Positions 13,071-27,177 of a stretch of DNA of 64,000 nucleotides are shown here, one piece after another. The notes beneath the pieces are model-generated. The model searched no databases, was not told the DNA's origin, and saw only the letters and a list, made by a program, of their open reading frames with translations. Numbering within the stretch: the stretch's first letter is position 1; every line of letters begins with the position of its first letter. This DNA comes from Callorhinchus milii (lineage: Eukaryota), in NCBI RefSeq assembly GCF_018977255.1, contig NW_024704742.1, positions 54,252,001 to 54,316,000 on the forward strand, in the 5' to 3' direction. A program made the position numbers and the translations under genes.

Positions 13071-13759
13071 AGTTTCAGTTCAAAGGGATACACCATGTTT
13101 ACTATAATACATCTTCATCTTTTTAGAGAGTGATGTTTTTATAAAATGTATTATCTCTGCAATGTTACAAAATTTCAACTCATGCACATGTACCACTCTA
13201 CACATTTACTGTTCCAAGTTGATCAGTTTTCAGTTTCTGATTTTATTGTTTCACAAACTTGCAGGGTGCTAACTGAACATTTTCAAAGAAATTCCACCTA
13301 TTTTAGCATTTTGGCTAAATTTAAAATTTGATATAATAGGAAAATCTTACATTCTGTTTAAATTTGAATGGTGTTTTGGTTAATGGTTTTCCAAATTAAG
13401 ACTGAATTTAAGATTTCTGTATGATTGTTGAGACAGAATAACTAAAACTAGGTGGAATTTGGGCCTTTGATTTCTTGGAATTTCATGGTGTGGTTGTTGC
13501 AGTGATATTATTGCACCATTAATGCAGGTTTGGGGCAGGATTCTGGAAATTAAATCAAATGGGCTAAAGAGCCTTCTTTTTCAGAACCAATCTTGTGACT
13601 TTGCTATTATTGCTAACTAACTTTTAACTTATGCTCGTCTGGCATCTATATGTAGTTGAACATACCCTCATAGTCATTATCATAACTAATTGATCAGATC
13701 TTACCTGAATATTAACCTGCAAAGGAAAGTCAGACCCAGAGGGATCATATTGTATTTTA

Positions 13760-14215
13760 TTGTTCACAAGATCACACAATTGATTTGGATGAACAACACT
13801 GTTCAGCCCATCTGATCTCATCTCTCCAGAATACCCACCCTACTACTCCCGCAATCTGCTATTTAAATATTTTTAAATAAGTCTTGTGTCCTGGCCTCTA
13901 CCACCTTTCCTGGCAATTTATTCCAGTCATTATTACTCTCTGTGTAAATAAACACTTCCTGGTATCTTCCCTGAAATTGCCCTTTACAACTCTAAACCTG
14001 AGACCCTGTTCTAATGTCTTGATACACCCTAAATTATTGATCTGTGTTTATTTGTTCATTCCTATTTAAAAATGTGTATACCTCTACGAGGTCCCTTTTG
14101 AGTCATCTTCTGTCAAGATTAAATAGCTTTAAATCATCTAATTGTTGCTCATAGCTCATTCCTTGTTTTTTCTCATTCCTCTAACATTACTCGTTGCTCA
14201 CCTCTGCACTGCCTC
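13760..14215 (-). mobile_element. CR1 LINE 3' end
   Basis: Homologous in reverse to 53080-53600; degenerate FSL..RRL.GDL and FFTQRVI..WN.LP motifs. Confidence 0.7.
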
Positions 14216-15784
14216 TAGGGGCGGGAGCCTCTTATGTCCCAGATGTTTGACATATGTAGAAACACATACATAAGAGTGTCCAAACCAGACTGAGAGTTCC
14301 TTATCTGTATGTCACTGACACATGGAAATTTCCCTGCGTCTGGAATGGAATGTGCACTCTGTGCAGTTTCCTTTATTCCCCCACTGATTAGCTCAAATAG
14401 AGGAGTTTTAGAGATATTTAAAACTATGAATTTGATTTAATATTATGAAGGGTTTAACATTTATGGATGTGCTATATTCAAAACAAGGAGTTTCTTTTCA
14501 AAATAAGGTGAATCAAAGATACTATGAAGTGCAGGAGAAATCTGGTTGTAATATGCATATAGATCAAAATACCGGGTCAAATGTTGGAACAAAGAACTAT
14601 ATAAACCTTTGAAAAAGAAAATAGGCAAGTTTGTGTCAATTGAACGGATGGGACACTGCTGTGCGCAATTGGCTGCCACGTTTCGCCCACGAAACACACA
14701 GTCACTTCACTTTGCTGCATATTCTGTGAAGCACTTTGAAACTCAATGATGTGATAAAGTGTTATATCAAATGCAAGGATTATTATTCTTGTGGGGAATT
14801 GGATGAGTAGGCGAGGTGGACCAATGTTCTACTCCTGCCTGAAATTGCTTCTATGTTGATGTGAAATATTTCAGTAGCTTCACACAATGGGTTAAACTAT
14901 TCAGTCAATCGACAATTTAATCTTTCTCACAGATTTAATTTGCTTTTCTAGGCACACCCAGACACACACCCACACACACAAAAGGATTGGAAGATAATAA
15001 CTGGAAGTTAAAGATGTTGTGATATCAGTGTCACTGTACTGCTCATTAAAGCTGTAACATCCTTTGTCTAATAATTTATTTGTTAATTTAAGCCGGATAG
15101 AGCTGCACCACCAGCCAATTCATGTCACCAACAGATACGTAAAGCAGGACCATCGATAAAATAGGCTACCATACTAGCACACGTTTTAAGTATCCTTCAG
15201 TTTCAGATTTTCATCTTGGAATGTGCCTGAATAATACAGCAGTGCTAAAGCCATCGATAGTAAGGCTGCAAGGTCCAATTATATACAAGATAAAATCACA
15301 CCAAACAATCACCAAGTGTCTTGGATGCTCAATGTATGATCGTATTTAACCAAACCTGGCTTATTTACACTGATATTAGGGTTGGAAAGTGCAAGCTATA
15401 CATCAGAGAGGTTGAGATGAACAAGAAGGTCATACAGGATATGAAGCTTTCTTTGCTTTGAACAGTATGCCTGCTCCAGTGAGTACAAAATGTAATTTTG
15501 TATTGTATCACATTGCTCGGTAGAACCTGGTGATAATATCATTGTAGCCTCTAAGCAGTAAATGTATGTTTTTTTTCATACACTATAAGTATATGGTTTA
15601 TTTCCAGAGGATAATTGTGCATATATCGGAAGCAACAGAAGAGGACAGGTGGAAGGCCCTATCTTTACCATTAATTAAGGGTGGAGGAGGAGAGGATTAC
15701 TCCCCTAACCACCAACCCAGCATAAAAATCCTGATAGTCCTTGGAGAATTCATTAATTTCAGTCATCATCTCACCCGAATTTCG

Positions 15785-16400
15785 CCTCACCCCTCAGGCT
15801 GCCGAAACCCTCGCCCACGCATTCGTCACATCAAGGCTTGATTATGGAAACTCCCTCCTCATCAGCCTTCCCAACTCTTCCCTTCACAAACTGCAGATCA
15901 TCCAGAACTCTGCAGCTCGTGTACTCTCACGCACCAGTCTCCGTGATCCCATCACTCCCATCCACACCCGACTCCACTGGCTCCACATCCCCTAGAGGAT
16001 CGAATTTAAGATCCTCGTCCTCACTTTCAAGGTCATCCATGGCCTTGCCCTCTCCTACCTCTCTGACCTGCCCATTCCCTCCCTTCAGCGGGCTCCGGTC
16101 TGCTCCATGTCTCCCGTCCGACTCAGTGACCATCAGTGACCGGGCTTTCAGCCTCTCTGCTCCCACAATCTGGAACTCCATCCCATAGTCCCTTCACCTC
16201 GCTTCCTCCCTTGCCTCCTTCAAGACCAGTCTCAAGTCCCTCTTCTTCGATCGTGCCTTCAGTCGCCCTCCCACCTCTCTGCCTTCCCTCACCACTACCC
16301 CACCCCTCCCCCATGCTCGGGTCCTGACCCCTGACTATCCAGCGCCTTGGGACGTCCTCCCAATGTGAAAGGCGCTCTATAAATGTAATTTTGTTGTTGG
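15785..16400 (+). mobile_element. L2 3' fragment
   Basis: LTPQAAETLAHAFVTSRLDYGNSLL..., 3' UTR and (TTG)n tail. Confidence 0.9.
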
Positions 16401-17842
16401 GGTCTAATTAAAGGTGATTCCCTAACCATCTGTGCAGATTTCTGTCGTAATGTGCTTCTGAAAACAATATTTGGTGCTTGTGATATTTAGTCCAGTTTAA
16501 AGTTAAGACTAAATACTACCAGCACTATAATTTGTTGCTGAAAACTGTCAGCAGGCAGCTTTTCATTTTTCTGCCCCTTAGTCATGAGATTAATTGGCTC
16601 CTAATGACTCTGGCAGACATCGTATTAATGGTCAATAACAACACGTAGGAAATCTGAACTGGCGGTAAGTCTGCCAACAGTAGATTTACTCTTCTCTCTC
16701 CACCCTCCCCCCAAAAATCAATCCTGCTGGTGTTCAGTCCACTGAAACTCCAATGCCAATGCAAAACTCTGGGTCTAATATTTTACAATTTCAAACTGAG
16801 CAAATGCCAAGATATTTTGACTTGTTTATACTGGCAATAATGTAATTGTGAGCCTTTAGTTCATGGAAGTAAAGAGCCAAAATTTATCTAAGGGCGAAAA
16901 ATGCAAATGTGATGCATTAACTATCATCAGTGATAATTATTGTGTCAAAATTTGTGATACAAACCAGTCAAAACTGTTTTAATTGTCATCTGGTTTGGGT
17001 GTGAATGTCCTCTTTCTTGAATTCAGCCTATTGGTTTGGCCACTTCATGGGATACCGCTTCAGTTAAACTGGCTTCTTCATGAAGCAGCACTGAAACATT
17101 GCTGAAATATCGCTTCAGGGGGAAATGCCAGTTTAACTTGATTGTCATCTCACGGAGCATCAACGAAAGACCAGTCTAGGCCACAAAGGACAATGGTGGA
17201 TGTTACCTGAACCAGAGATAGTGTCTGTGGGGGGAGGGTTATACTCATAACCACTCTTTAGTAGCAAATGGGACGTATCAATCCATTTGTTAATCTATTT
17301 ATGATATCTAATCTTTTACGAACATTATACTTTTTTTTAACCTCAAAATCCCACTTGCAATACAATATTTGTATTGAAAAACTATGTATTTTAGTGTGAT
17401 ATCTAAGCACTAAAATTGTGATAACATAGACATTTTCTTCACGGAAGAGGCCCATTCAGACCATCTTGTCTGTGCTACGGCTACATTTTATTTTAACATC
17501 ACCCTTTTTCCATAATTCACACTTTCCAATGATCTTCCTACATTCCTGCTTTGTTTTTTTATTGCTTATCAAGTTCTCTTTTAAATGATGTAACTTCAAT
17601 ATCAATTTGTCGTGATGAATCTAACAGCCCACTGAGAGAGGAAATTTCTCCTAACTTTCTTACTTAATTTGTTAGCTAGCAATTTTGGGACTGTGTCCCC
17701 TTGTTATTTTTTCTCCTATTAAATGAAAGTTTTTTTAAAATCCTGTCTTTCTCCTTCAGTATTTTAAACATTTATATAATTAGCCCGCTGTTCCAGTGGG
17801 GAAAAAAACGACCAGCCCATCTACATAATAATAAAACAAATC

Positions 17843-18245
17843 ATAATCCTTGCATTTGATAAGGTACTTTTCACATCAGGAGGACATCACAAAGCACATT
17901 GCAGGGTTCACTGTAAAGTGTACTAACTGTATTTTGTAGGTGAACGTGGCAGCCAATTTATGCAAAACAATGTCCAACAAACAGCCAGAAAGTGAATTAC
18001 CAATTTTGTCTGGCGGATTGTTGGTCAGGACACCAGGAGACTCGCTTCCTCCCTTTTCTTTTTAAGTACAGTAGTGCCATGGGGATCTTTAGCACCCACC
18101 TGAACAGGCAGAGAAGACCTTAGTTTAACATCTATTGCAAAGGATAGCATCTCCAATAATGCATCACACTGCCAGCACTGTATCAGATTGTCAACGTAGA
18201 TTGTGTTAGTTCAAAATCCTGATGTGACATTTGAATCCACAACCA
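17843..18245 (-). mobile_element. Type B SINE
   Basis: Tail, Deu core and body match type B. Confidence 0.75.
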
Positions 18246-21200
18246 CTTATAAGCGTGCCACCTTCATTTGATTATTCACCATGTCATACACACAACTAGG
18301 AGCAACCTGACTGTAGCTCAGCTTCTCATTACGTACTGAACCATAAAGAAAAACCTCAGAAACATTTTTTTTGATCTGCAGTGGGTTTGTCTTCCTAGTC
18401 ACAATACCCATTCTGTGAAGCATTTCTTTAGTGTGGTCCAATCTGTAATATTCCCATACACCTGGCTTGGCGAACTCTCACATCTCTGTTTACATAGAAG
18501 ATAGAATAAAGGTTGCCATTTTTCTCAGTAATGAAGTTGACCTCACTCTTGAGTCTAGAACCTGTGTGAAAATGGCACTGAGATTTATACATCAAAGTTC
18601 TCAAACTTGGACTTACTGAAATATCTGATTTGAAAAGCAGTGTTATGTATTAGATTTGCCCATGGATCAATTTCAAATAACCTTTTTGACATAAATCACA
18701 GTCATATTACAAATCCAGGAACTAAATCTCAAAGCATTCACAGCATTCACTATAAAGTGAGTGAACATGTTTTATTTTTGGCAGATTTGACAGCAAATTT
18801 GCACCCAGCAATGTACTCAAATCAGCATGAAGTGAATCACTTATTTTTTATTTGTAAGATTGATAGTCCCGGACACTGGGAGAAACTCCCTTCTCTTTTT
18901 GAATATTGTCATGTGATCTTCAGTGTTCCCCTCAACTGGCAGACAAGACCTTGGTTTAATATCTTGTGCGAAGGACACTATCAACAATAATGCAGCACGA
19001 TCCTACCACTGCAATGGAGTGTCAGCTTAGATTACATGAGATCAAAGCCCTGACCTGAAGCTCAAACAAAAAGGATCTCTGAGTACACCAAATTAAACAC
19101 AGGTTTGGTAACTCTGGAAACTGATTTGGAACGCTGATTCATTTTTTAAGTGTTGTATTGCCTATGTGTGCGACTGGCTCACCAGCTGCATTAATAATAA
19201 TAAATAATAATCCATGCATTTAATATAGCGCCTATCACGTCTTTGAGATGTCTCAAAGTGCTTCACAGAATATACGGTAAAGTGAACTGACTGTATATTT
19301 TGTGAGTGAAAACCATCTAAGGACATCTAACAGCACACCAAGGGACCTATGTACTGAAATATATTATAGTTAAAGCTTCCTCCTTTGCTTTGGATGTAAT
19401 ATTCCTGCAGCTATTCACATCAATCCAATTCTGAAACCATCCCCTGGAGAGATATCAGGATATAGGATTCATTTTGTTCAATCAACAGTGCAACAGATCA
19501 TTGCTGGCTATGAAAGGGACATTGAACTTACGTACTCTACACTGACACTTCCAAGAAATTCTGGGGGAGTGCTCCATTATCAGAAGTGCTTTCCTTCGAA
19601 TAGATGTTAAATCAGGTGGATGTTATAGATCCCGTGGCACTGTTTGAAAAGAGAAGGGAGTTCTCCCAGTGTTCTGGTGAACAATCCCTCAGATAAAATT
19701 GGTTATTCATTTCATGGCTGTTGGTAGAACATTGCTTTGCACACATTGGATGATACATTTGCCTGCAATGTTCAGTTCAGAGCCACTTTGCATGTTACTA
19801 AATCGATATAAACTCTTAGATATTCCAAGGATATCCTGAAAGCTATATATCTTTCCCCTGATTCCTCATAATATTCAACATCCAAAAAGAGATAGATATA
19901 TTAAATACAGCCAGTAATTAAGCTCATGTTATTGTGTATTAGATGCTCATTTGGGTTCTATAGAATCAATTTTGTTACAAAGAACAAGACAAAAACAAAA
20001 ATAACAATACTAAATATTCAACATTCATTTAGAAGACTGGTATTGAAACAACACAAACTATGGTATATAGCTGGAACACTTAATCAAATTTGTTTCATGT
20101 GAACTCTTTTTAAACCAATTAAGGTTTTATAGCACAAATAAATGCCTTGTTATCAGCAAATTGGCTGTCACATTTCCCTACAAATACACATTACCTATTA
20201 CACTTAACAGAAAAAAAATCTCTGTGAAGCAATTTGAAATGTTGCGATGTGATAAGGCACTATATCAAATGCAAGGATTATTGGAATTATTATTATAGCT
20301 GGTGGAACCATATAGCAACATAGGAAAATGGAAACAGGATGCCATTCAAGGGCCTATACAATCAATTAATTAGATCTTGGCACATATTTTAGTCCTAATG
20401 TCTCACCCCTTTGTCATAGCACTTAATACAAGCTAAGTATTTACTTCTGTTTTTTAATAAATCCGTTTAATTCCACCTCTACAGTTTCTGAGCAGAGCCT
20501 TCCATATTTTCACAGCTGTGTTGTGAAATGTTTTCTGACCTCACCTCAAACTGACAATACAGTGGTCCATAAATACCGGATGTTTTTTTATTCCAAAAGA
20601 GGGGTCCAACACGCAACATCTGCAAAACAATTTCTTGTCTTCATTGAGATTTTTGTGAAAATCAGGTTATGAAATTTGTGAGGAATTGTGTGGCTGGCGA
20701 ATTTGCAAATGTTAAAACTACAAAAAAGATTGATGAGCAAAATGCCAGCAGAAAACTCTTAGACTAGATCACAGAGAATGTTTGATGAGTTGGTGGTTGG
20801 CACATTTCCAAGCTACAAAAAATGAATGCATTGTGGCTAAAAGTTAATATTGACTGTTCAACCTATAGAATGCGCCAAAAAAAAATGCAGCAATTAATGC
20901 TTCCTTATATTTTGTGTACAGTTTTTCTGTTTGTTCTCCTGCAAATTGATTTGTGATAAATGTGAAGCAATAATACAACAAAGGAGGTTTACACTTTCCT
21001 GTGAACATCATAAGGCTATGTATTAAGACTCTGGAGCACTCCAGAAGACACTATATAATGTAATATAATAATAATAATAATACTTTCATATGGTAATAGT
21101 GACTTTCATGTCAAGATGATGTCACAAAGTGCTCCACGGGATTCGATTGTAAAGTGTAGTGAAGATGATCATAGGCAAAATATTTTGCACAGCCATGTCC

Positions 21201-24200
21201 TGCAAACTGCCATGAAGTGAATGAACAATTTTATTTGGGAGGGTTTGGGCCCTTCAGCACTTAGAAATTGATAGGAATTCCCGTTGAATTGAATTTTAAT
21301 TTGTAAACCTATTTCACCATTATGGCAAAACAGGTTATTAACTGTTTTAATAAACACAGCATGTTGCAGGAACAAAATTGAAACTTGGAGAGCTGGTGAT
21401 GCATAATGTGCATTTGTGACAACAAAAATAACGTTCCGGTTATTGTCTACACAGAAGTGGTTCAATAATTTATACACATTAATCTTTGGAAAAATCTGCG
21501 ATATTAACCAAGGCTGGTGATAAGCACATCTTGGTTACATAACAGCTCGACCCAATGTGCTGCAGTGAACCATCTGGGTCATTAAAGATTATGAATTAAG
21601 AATTCATTCTTTGGCATAGTTTTGCATCAAATTAAGACGTCGTATAAGCAGGCTCTAAATCTTTCATGCAGTTGAAAGATGTGGCAAAATAAGGAGATGC
21701 TTCTCATTTCTTAATTTGGATTGTTTTAAAAATAGCCATCTGCTGGTGTTATTTGATAAATGTGAAAGTTCCAAGTGGAGCTTCCACATTCAAAATCTAA
21801 AGTGTAAGTATGAGATTCTTTATAAAATAATAACAAGAACATTCATTTAAAAATATAGCTGCCTTATTCAATTATTCAGATGGACCTTCAGCTGTCCCTA
21901 TTACACGTTGCTGCTTAAACTCTCAGCCTTTCTTCCCTGTCCTCGTGTCAAAATATCTAACACAGTATTTTCCATTTATTTGGGTTTAACACTCAGTGTT
22001 CAGTACTGCAATAATGATATTTCATCTGAAGGCAGTTCCAGATTATTACAGGGATAACATTTGTGGTGTTCTTTCTGTTAATTAGCATAAGGAACGCATT
22101 GAGGAATAGCTGCAAATTTGTTCCTCATTTAGCATTATTGCAAACAGATTCCCTCACTTACCTAACTAATGTAGGTGTTGATCACTGATAACATGCAACT
22201 GTCATCATAGATCAGCTGCCTGCAGCCCAGTGAAAAACTGCTTTCACAATCTAGTCTGTGGGAATACCACCTGTAACTCCAAATAAGGAGTGTAAACATT
22301 GGTAGAAGAATCCCAATGTTTAAACTCCTTACATGGAGTTCGACCTGGCATTCCCCATAGTCCAGCTCAGGATACTGACTTCACAGTAGTTTAGGTGTTT
22401 TTTTTCACCAGGTTTACAAAACTGATCTGGAGAAGCCGGCTGTGTGGAGAAACACTCCGAGACACAGTACAGCGTGAAGGGCGGTATATAAAAGCAAGTT
22501 GATGTTGTATGTTATCAAAAGCCAGGGGCAGTGCACTGAGTACAAAGTAAGGAGATGATTTACAACAACGATAACTATGGAACAAACATACCACATTCCT
22601 TGTGCTAATTCACACACTATCAAAGCCACAAATGTTGGCACTTTGTTATCAAATATATTGCTGAATATCTTCAAACTCTGATAATCCCTTTAAATATATA
22701 TATGATATATATTTATAACAAACCTGGTGAAATATTCAATCAATTGGTCAATGCAATCAAATTAATTTATTACAATAGTCACAAAGTAGAATCTGAGTGC
22801 CTTTGGAGACTGCATCAATATAATCATTCAAAAGGGAACTGGATAAGTAATGGGAAATAAATGTACAATGAGTTATTGGAAACTTGTTGCAGAGTGACAT
22901 TAATAAAAAAAAGTTACTTAGAAAAGCAGCAGGCACTGAATGCTTTTTACTGTGCTTCAAATTTCTGTACTATGTTTCCATGAGTCTGGTTTCCATGGTG
23001 TTCTTAAAGCAACGCACAGATTCACCATTAGATATCACTCAGTGGATGACATTTTAACCTACCTGAAGCAATGAGGTGGCATCATAAACAGCAACAGCGC
23101 AGCTTATGTCAAGTATATTCATCTCTACAAGTATTGTGTTTATATTTTTGTTCCCACTGTAAGCTGATATTATATTTAAGACCCGGAGAAATATTGATTT
23201 TATAACCTGACGGAATTTCAGATTAGTGATGTAGGATTGGTAGGAACATTGAATCTGTGAGATGGACAATTTAATAAGGTTGGAACTCCATCTGGAGTCT
23301 CTCCTACCTGCTCCCTTCCTCACATCGTTCAAGGTCAGTCTCAACCCTTATCTCTGACCGTGCTTTCGGGTATCTTTCCCTTCCTTATCCCCTGGCTCCC
23401 ACCTCCAGCACCTAGCCAGCCAGTGGTGACAAGCTTTGGGGTGACCTTCCAACCCTGAAAGGTGCTGTATAAATGTAAGCTGCAAGGTTAATTTCGATGG
23501 TGGATTATGATAGATTAGCTACTTTTATATTTAAGAAATAAAATTTAAATAATAATTAATGCATTTGATATAGCGCCTTTCACATCAGGAAGATGTCTCA
23601 AAGCGCTTCGTAAAATTTATTGCAAAGCGTAGTGACTGTATCTTTACATATATTTATTATTAGGAGGCAGACAAAATCTTCTGGTACATAGTATTGGTTC
23701 CAGGAAACATGATCTGACTTGGTTGCATTCAGACTCTTCCACTCAGTAGACTGAAAAGGATGTTAGTGAAAGCATCAGTTAGATCAGGCCACTCACAGAA
23801 CAGCTTATATACCAAATCATGATATGAGAAGTTGTGCTTGTCATAGCTATTTTATGAAGAGGAATCTCTGCACTGACAAAGCTCATCTGGCCCATCTTTC
23901 ATTCCATCTAATGGACTGGTATTACCTGCATGCCTCCCTTCAATGGTATCCTCTTTTGCTCCAAATAATAACCCTTTCACATACCGTTCTCCCATAAACA
24001 GGGTAGAAATGTTTCTGTACTGGAGGATACATCTGCATCTCTGTTGTTATAATGCCTAAATTTTCTCTCAACTATCTTCCAGGCTTTCACATCAGTCAAT
24101 ATTTTTACTTAAGGTGATCTTATTCTCCTGCAAGTGTTGGCAGTTTTTTTCTTCCATCTCCCATTTGTACTAAAGTGAGATACTTTTTGGAGCAGCATAT

Positions 24201-24279
24201 ACAACTCTTGATGTTCTTGCTCTTAAAAGTAATGTTACAAGAAAAAGAAAAGATGATTGTCTAAGGAGTTGGATTTCCA

Positions 24280-24640
24280 AACGCACGTTCCCTTCCAAGG
24301 TCCTAGAATGAGTCGTTGCTTTCCAGTTTCGCTCCTTCCTCTCCTGCCACTACCTTCGGGAACCGCTCCAATCGGGTTTCCATGCTGCCCACAGCACAGA
24401 AACAGCTTAGGTCAAAGTGACAACTTGATTTTTTTCATCTGTGGCCAGGGTTCCCTCTGCCTCCTTGTCATCCTTGACTGCTCTGCTACCTTCAATCATT
24501 GACCACTCTATCCTCCTCCACTGCCTCTCCTCTCATCTCAACCTTCATGGTTCTGTCCTTGACTGGTTCAGATCGTACCTCTCACACCACCTCCACTTCA
24601 TCTCCAGAAACAGTTTCTCCTCTAGCCCCCGTATACTGTC
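24280..24640 (+). mobile_element. L2 RT-region fragment
   Basis: Degenerate GFxxxHSTETA and IDHSILLHCL...VLDWFRSYLS motifs. Confidence 0.75.
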
Positions 24641-25897
24641 TCATGCGGGATCTGGTAGCTTGTTCTAGGCCCTTGGCTGTACTTAAACAGTGTACATCTA
24701 TGCACTGTGTTCTTTTTCATTTTCTTGCACTCAGAAATTACACATAATAACAATATACACAGTGAGCTACAATTTACGTTCTTCATAAAAGAATTTGTAA
24801 ACTGCGAATCCTACATGTATTGTGGCCAACTCTGCTCAGATGCTGATTGGATCTGAGTTTAAATTTCTCTATGTTGGTGAAAGGCGCTATATTGTAGTGG
24901 TTCTAATTGTTTTGCAAATCTCGCAGTTGAGACCCAGTTTTGCAGATCATGCAGGCCACAGGCAGTCAATATTGTGATCCTAGTGGACTGTATCAGCATT
25001 TTTTCGTACCACAATATGCAGTATGTTTGTAAAGAAGTTTTGTTTAAGTTGCTTCATTGGCACTCGTGATCTGATTTGAGTCTCTCTTTTCTGTTTGCTA
25101 CAAAAAAACAGTAACTACAATGAAATTGTACTTATCCAGTGCCTTTCACATCGGGAGGACATACATCCCAATACAATTTTAGATGGAAATAACTGGGGCG
25201 ACTGACCTCCAATCAGGTGAATAACCTATATGTTTATTTGGACCAGTTTATGTTACAATTCATAAAATAACATTGATGTCTGCTTTGGAAAAATCCAGCA
25301 AAATATCAACTGGCGAGTTGAATTACTTTATTTGGAAATGTCATGTCACAGCCTGAAAATCTTCCGAACTCATAACATCAAATGGCTTTCAAGAAAACGT
25401 AATCGCAGCAGGCACTTCTTGTTGATTGATTTCAATGAATCCTCGATTAGTAATTTGAATTCTGAAATCTAAACCCTGAGTCAATGATGTTTTTACAAAA
25501 CTGAGAAGGTGAAAGGGGAGATGATATAGGTTATAAGGTTTCTAGATAGATTTAAAGATTGATAGACAGGAGGTGAGACGAGGCGTAGCGGGAAGGAGTT
25601 CCAGAGGTTAGAGGCATAGTAGTAGTAATAACTGAAGTCTTGGCGGTGGTGGGGACTGTGCAGCCAATGTGAGTTAGCTAATTGGAGGAGTGAGGGGTTT
25701 TGATAGAGTAAATAGGGAGAAATTGTTTCCACTGGGGGATGGGTTAGTAACCAGAGGGCACAGACTTAAGGTATTTAAAAAGGAAAACTTTGCAGGGCTA
25801 TGGGGTAAGTGGGGGAGTGGGATTAGTTGTTAGCTCTTTCAAAGAGCTGGCACAGGCACGGTGGACCGAATGGCATCCTTCTTGTGCGATGCTCCTT

Positions 25898-26710
25898 AGG
25901 TCTCTGTCCTCGGTCCCCTCCTCTTCAACCTCTAAATGCTCCCCCTTGGTAACATCATCCACAGACATGGGGTCAACTTCCACATGTATGCGGATGACAC
26001 CCAACTCTACCTCTCTGCCTGCACCCTCGACTCCAGGACCACTACTGTCCTGACAAATTGTCTGTCAGACATCAAGTCCTGAATGAGAGATAACTTTCTA
26101 CAGTGGAACGCTAACAAAACCGAGGCTCTCCTGATGGGCTCCCATCAGCGCCTCCATACCTCAGGCACTGACAGCATCACTATCCAAGGATACACATTTC
26201 ACCTCACTAAGCCAGTCCGGAACCTTAGGATCATGTTTGACCCTCAATTATCCTTTCTCCATTGGCTTCCCATCACACAGAGGATACAGTTCAATATCCT
26301 GGTCCTCACCTTCAAATCTCTTCATGGCATTACTACCCCCTACCTCTGCAACTTCCTAATTCCCACCAACCTGCCCGCTCCCTCCATTCAGCGGGCTCCG
26401 GCCTGCTTCACGTCTCCCACCTCGCCCACCCCACTGTTGGTGGGCAGGCTTTCAGTCAGTCTGCTCCCACCCTCTGGAACTCTATCCTGTCTCTCTGCCT
26501 CACCCCCTCCCTTGCCTCCTTCAAAACCCATCTGAAGACCCTCCTCTTCAATCGTGCCTTTGATCACCCTTCTTCCACCCCTGCCCTCCACCCTCTCCGA
26601 TCCCGACCATAAATCAATGTCTTGGGTCCGAAGCACTGATTGTCCAGCACCTTGGGACGTTCTCCCAACGTGAAAGGCGCTAAACAAATGTAATTTTGTT
26701 GTTGTTGTTT
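25898..26710 (+). mobile_element. L2 fragment, RT to 3' end, with internal deletion
   Basis: GSVLGPLLF..., [16 protein letters not shown], 3' tail. Confidence 0.9.
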
Positions 26711-27177
26711 ACTATTTGGGTTTCATGGAAAGTTGAGGAATGTTGAAATGTAGTACTTTGTGACACAGCAAATGTTCATGCCCTGGCTTCTCACTACCTC
26801 TCTGATCTGCTCACATCCTACTCCACTACCTGCCGCTTTTGCTCAATTAGCTTGGGTCTTCTTCACTTCCCTTGTCCCCTCCGCTCCACCATTGGTGGCA
26901 TGCTTTCAGCTACTATGCCCAGAATTTCAATCCTTCTCCTTGTCTCAAACCTTCTGTCCTGCCCCTCTTTGTGTTCAGACATGCTTTTGGTCACCTCTTC
27001 TCTCTTACCAGCTTTTTAAATGTAAATTGTTTTTGCTGCTGCAACTGTTTTATAAAATATTCTGAGAAGAGTTTCAGCCTAATGATGCTGATAAGACTGC
27101 TTGCTTTGGTTGTGTGTCTCTGAATATGAAGTAGCAATTTATCTTTTTTTCAAAAAAAAAGCCAAGAAAAGAATCTT

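Noticed and set aside
22412..22493. Plus-strand exon-like segment
   Set aside because: It overlaps a degenerate L2 tail and encodes no recognisable peptide.
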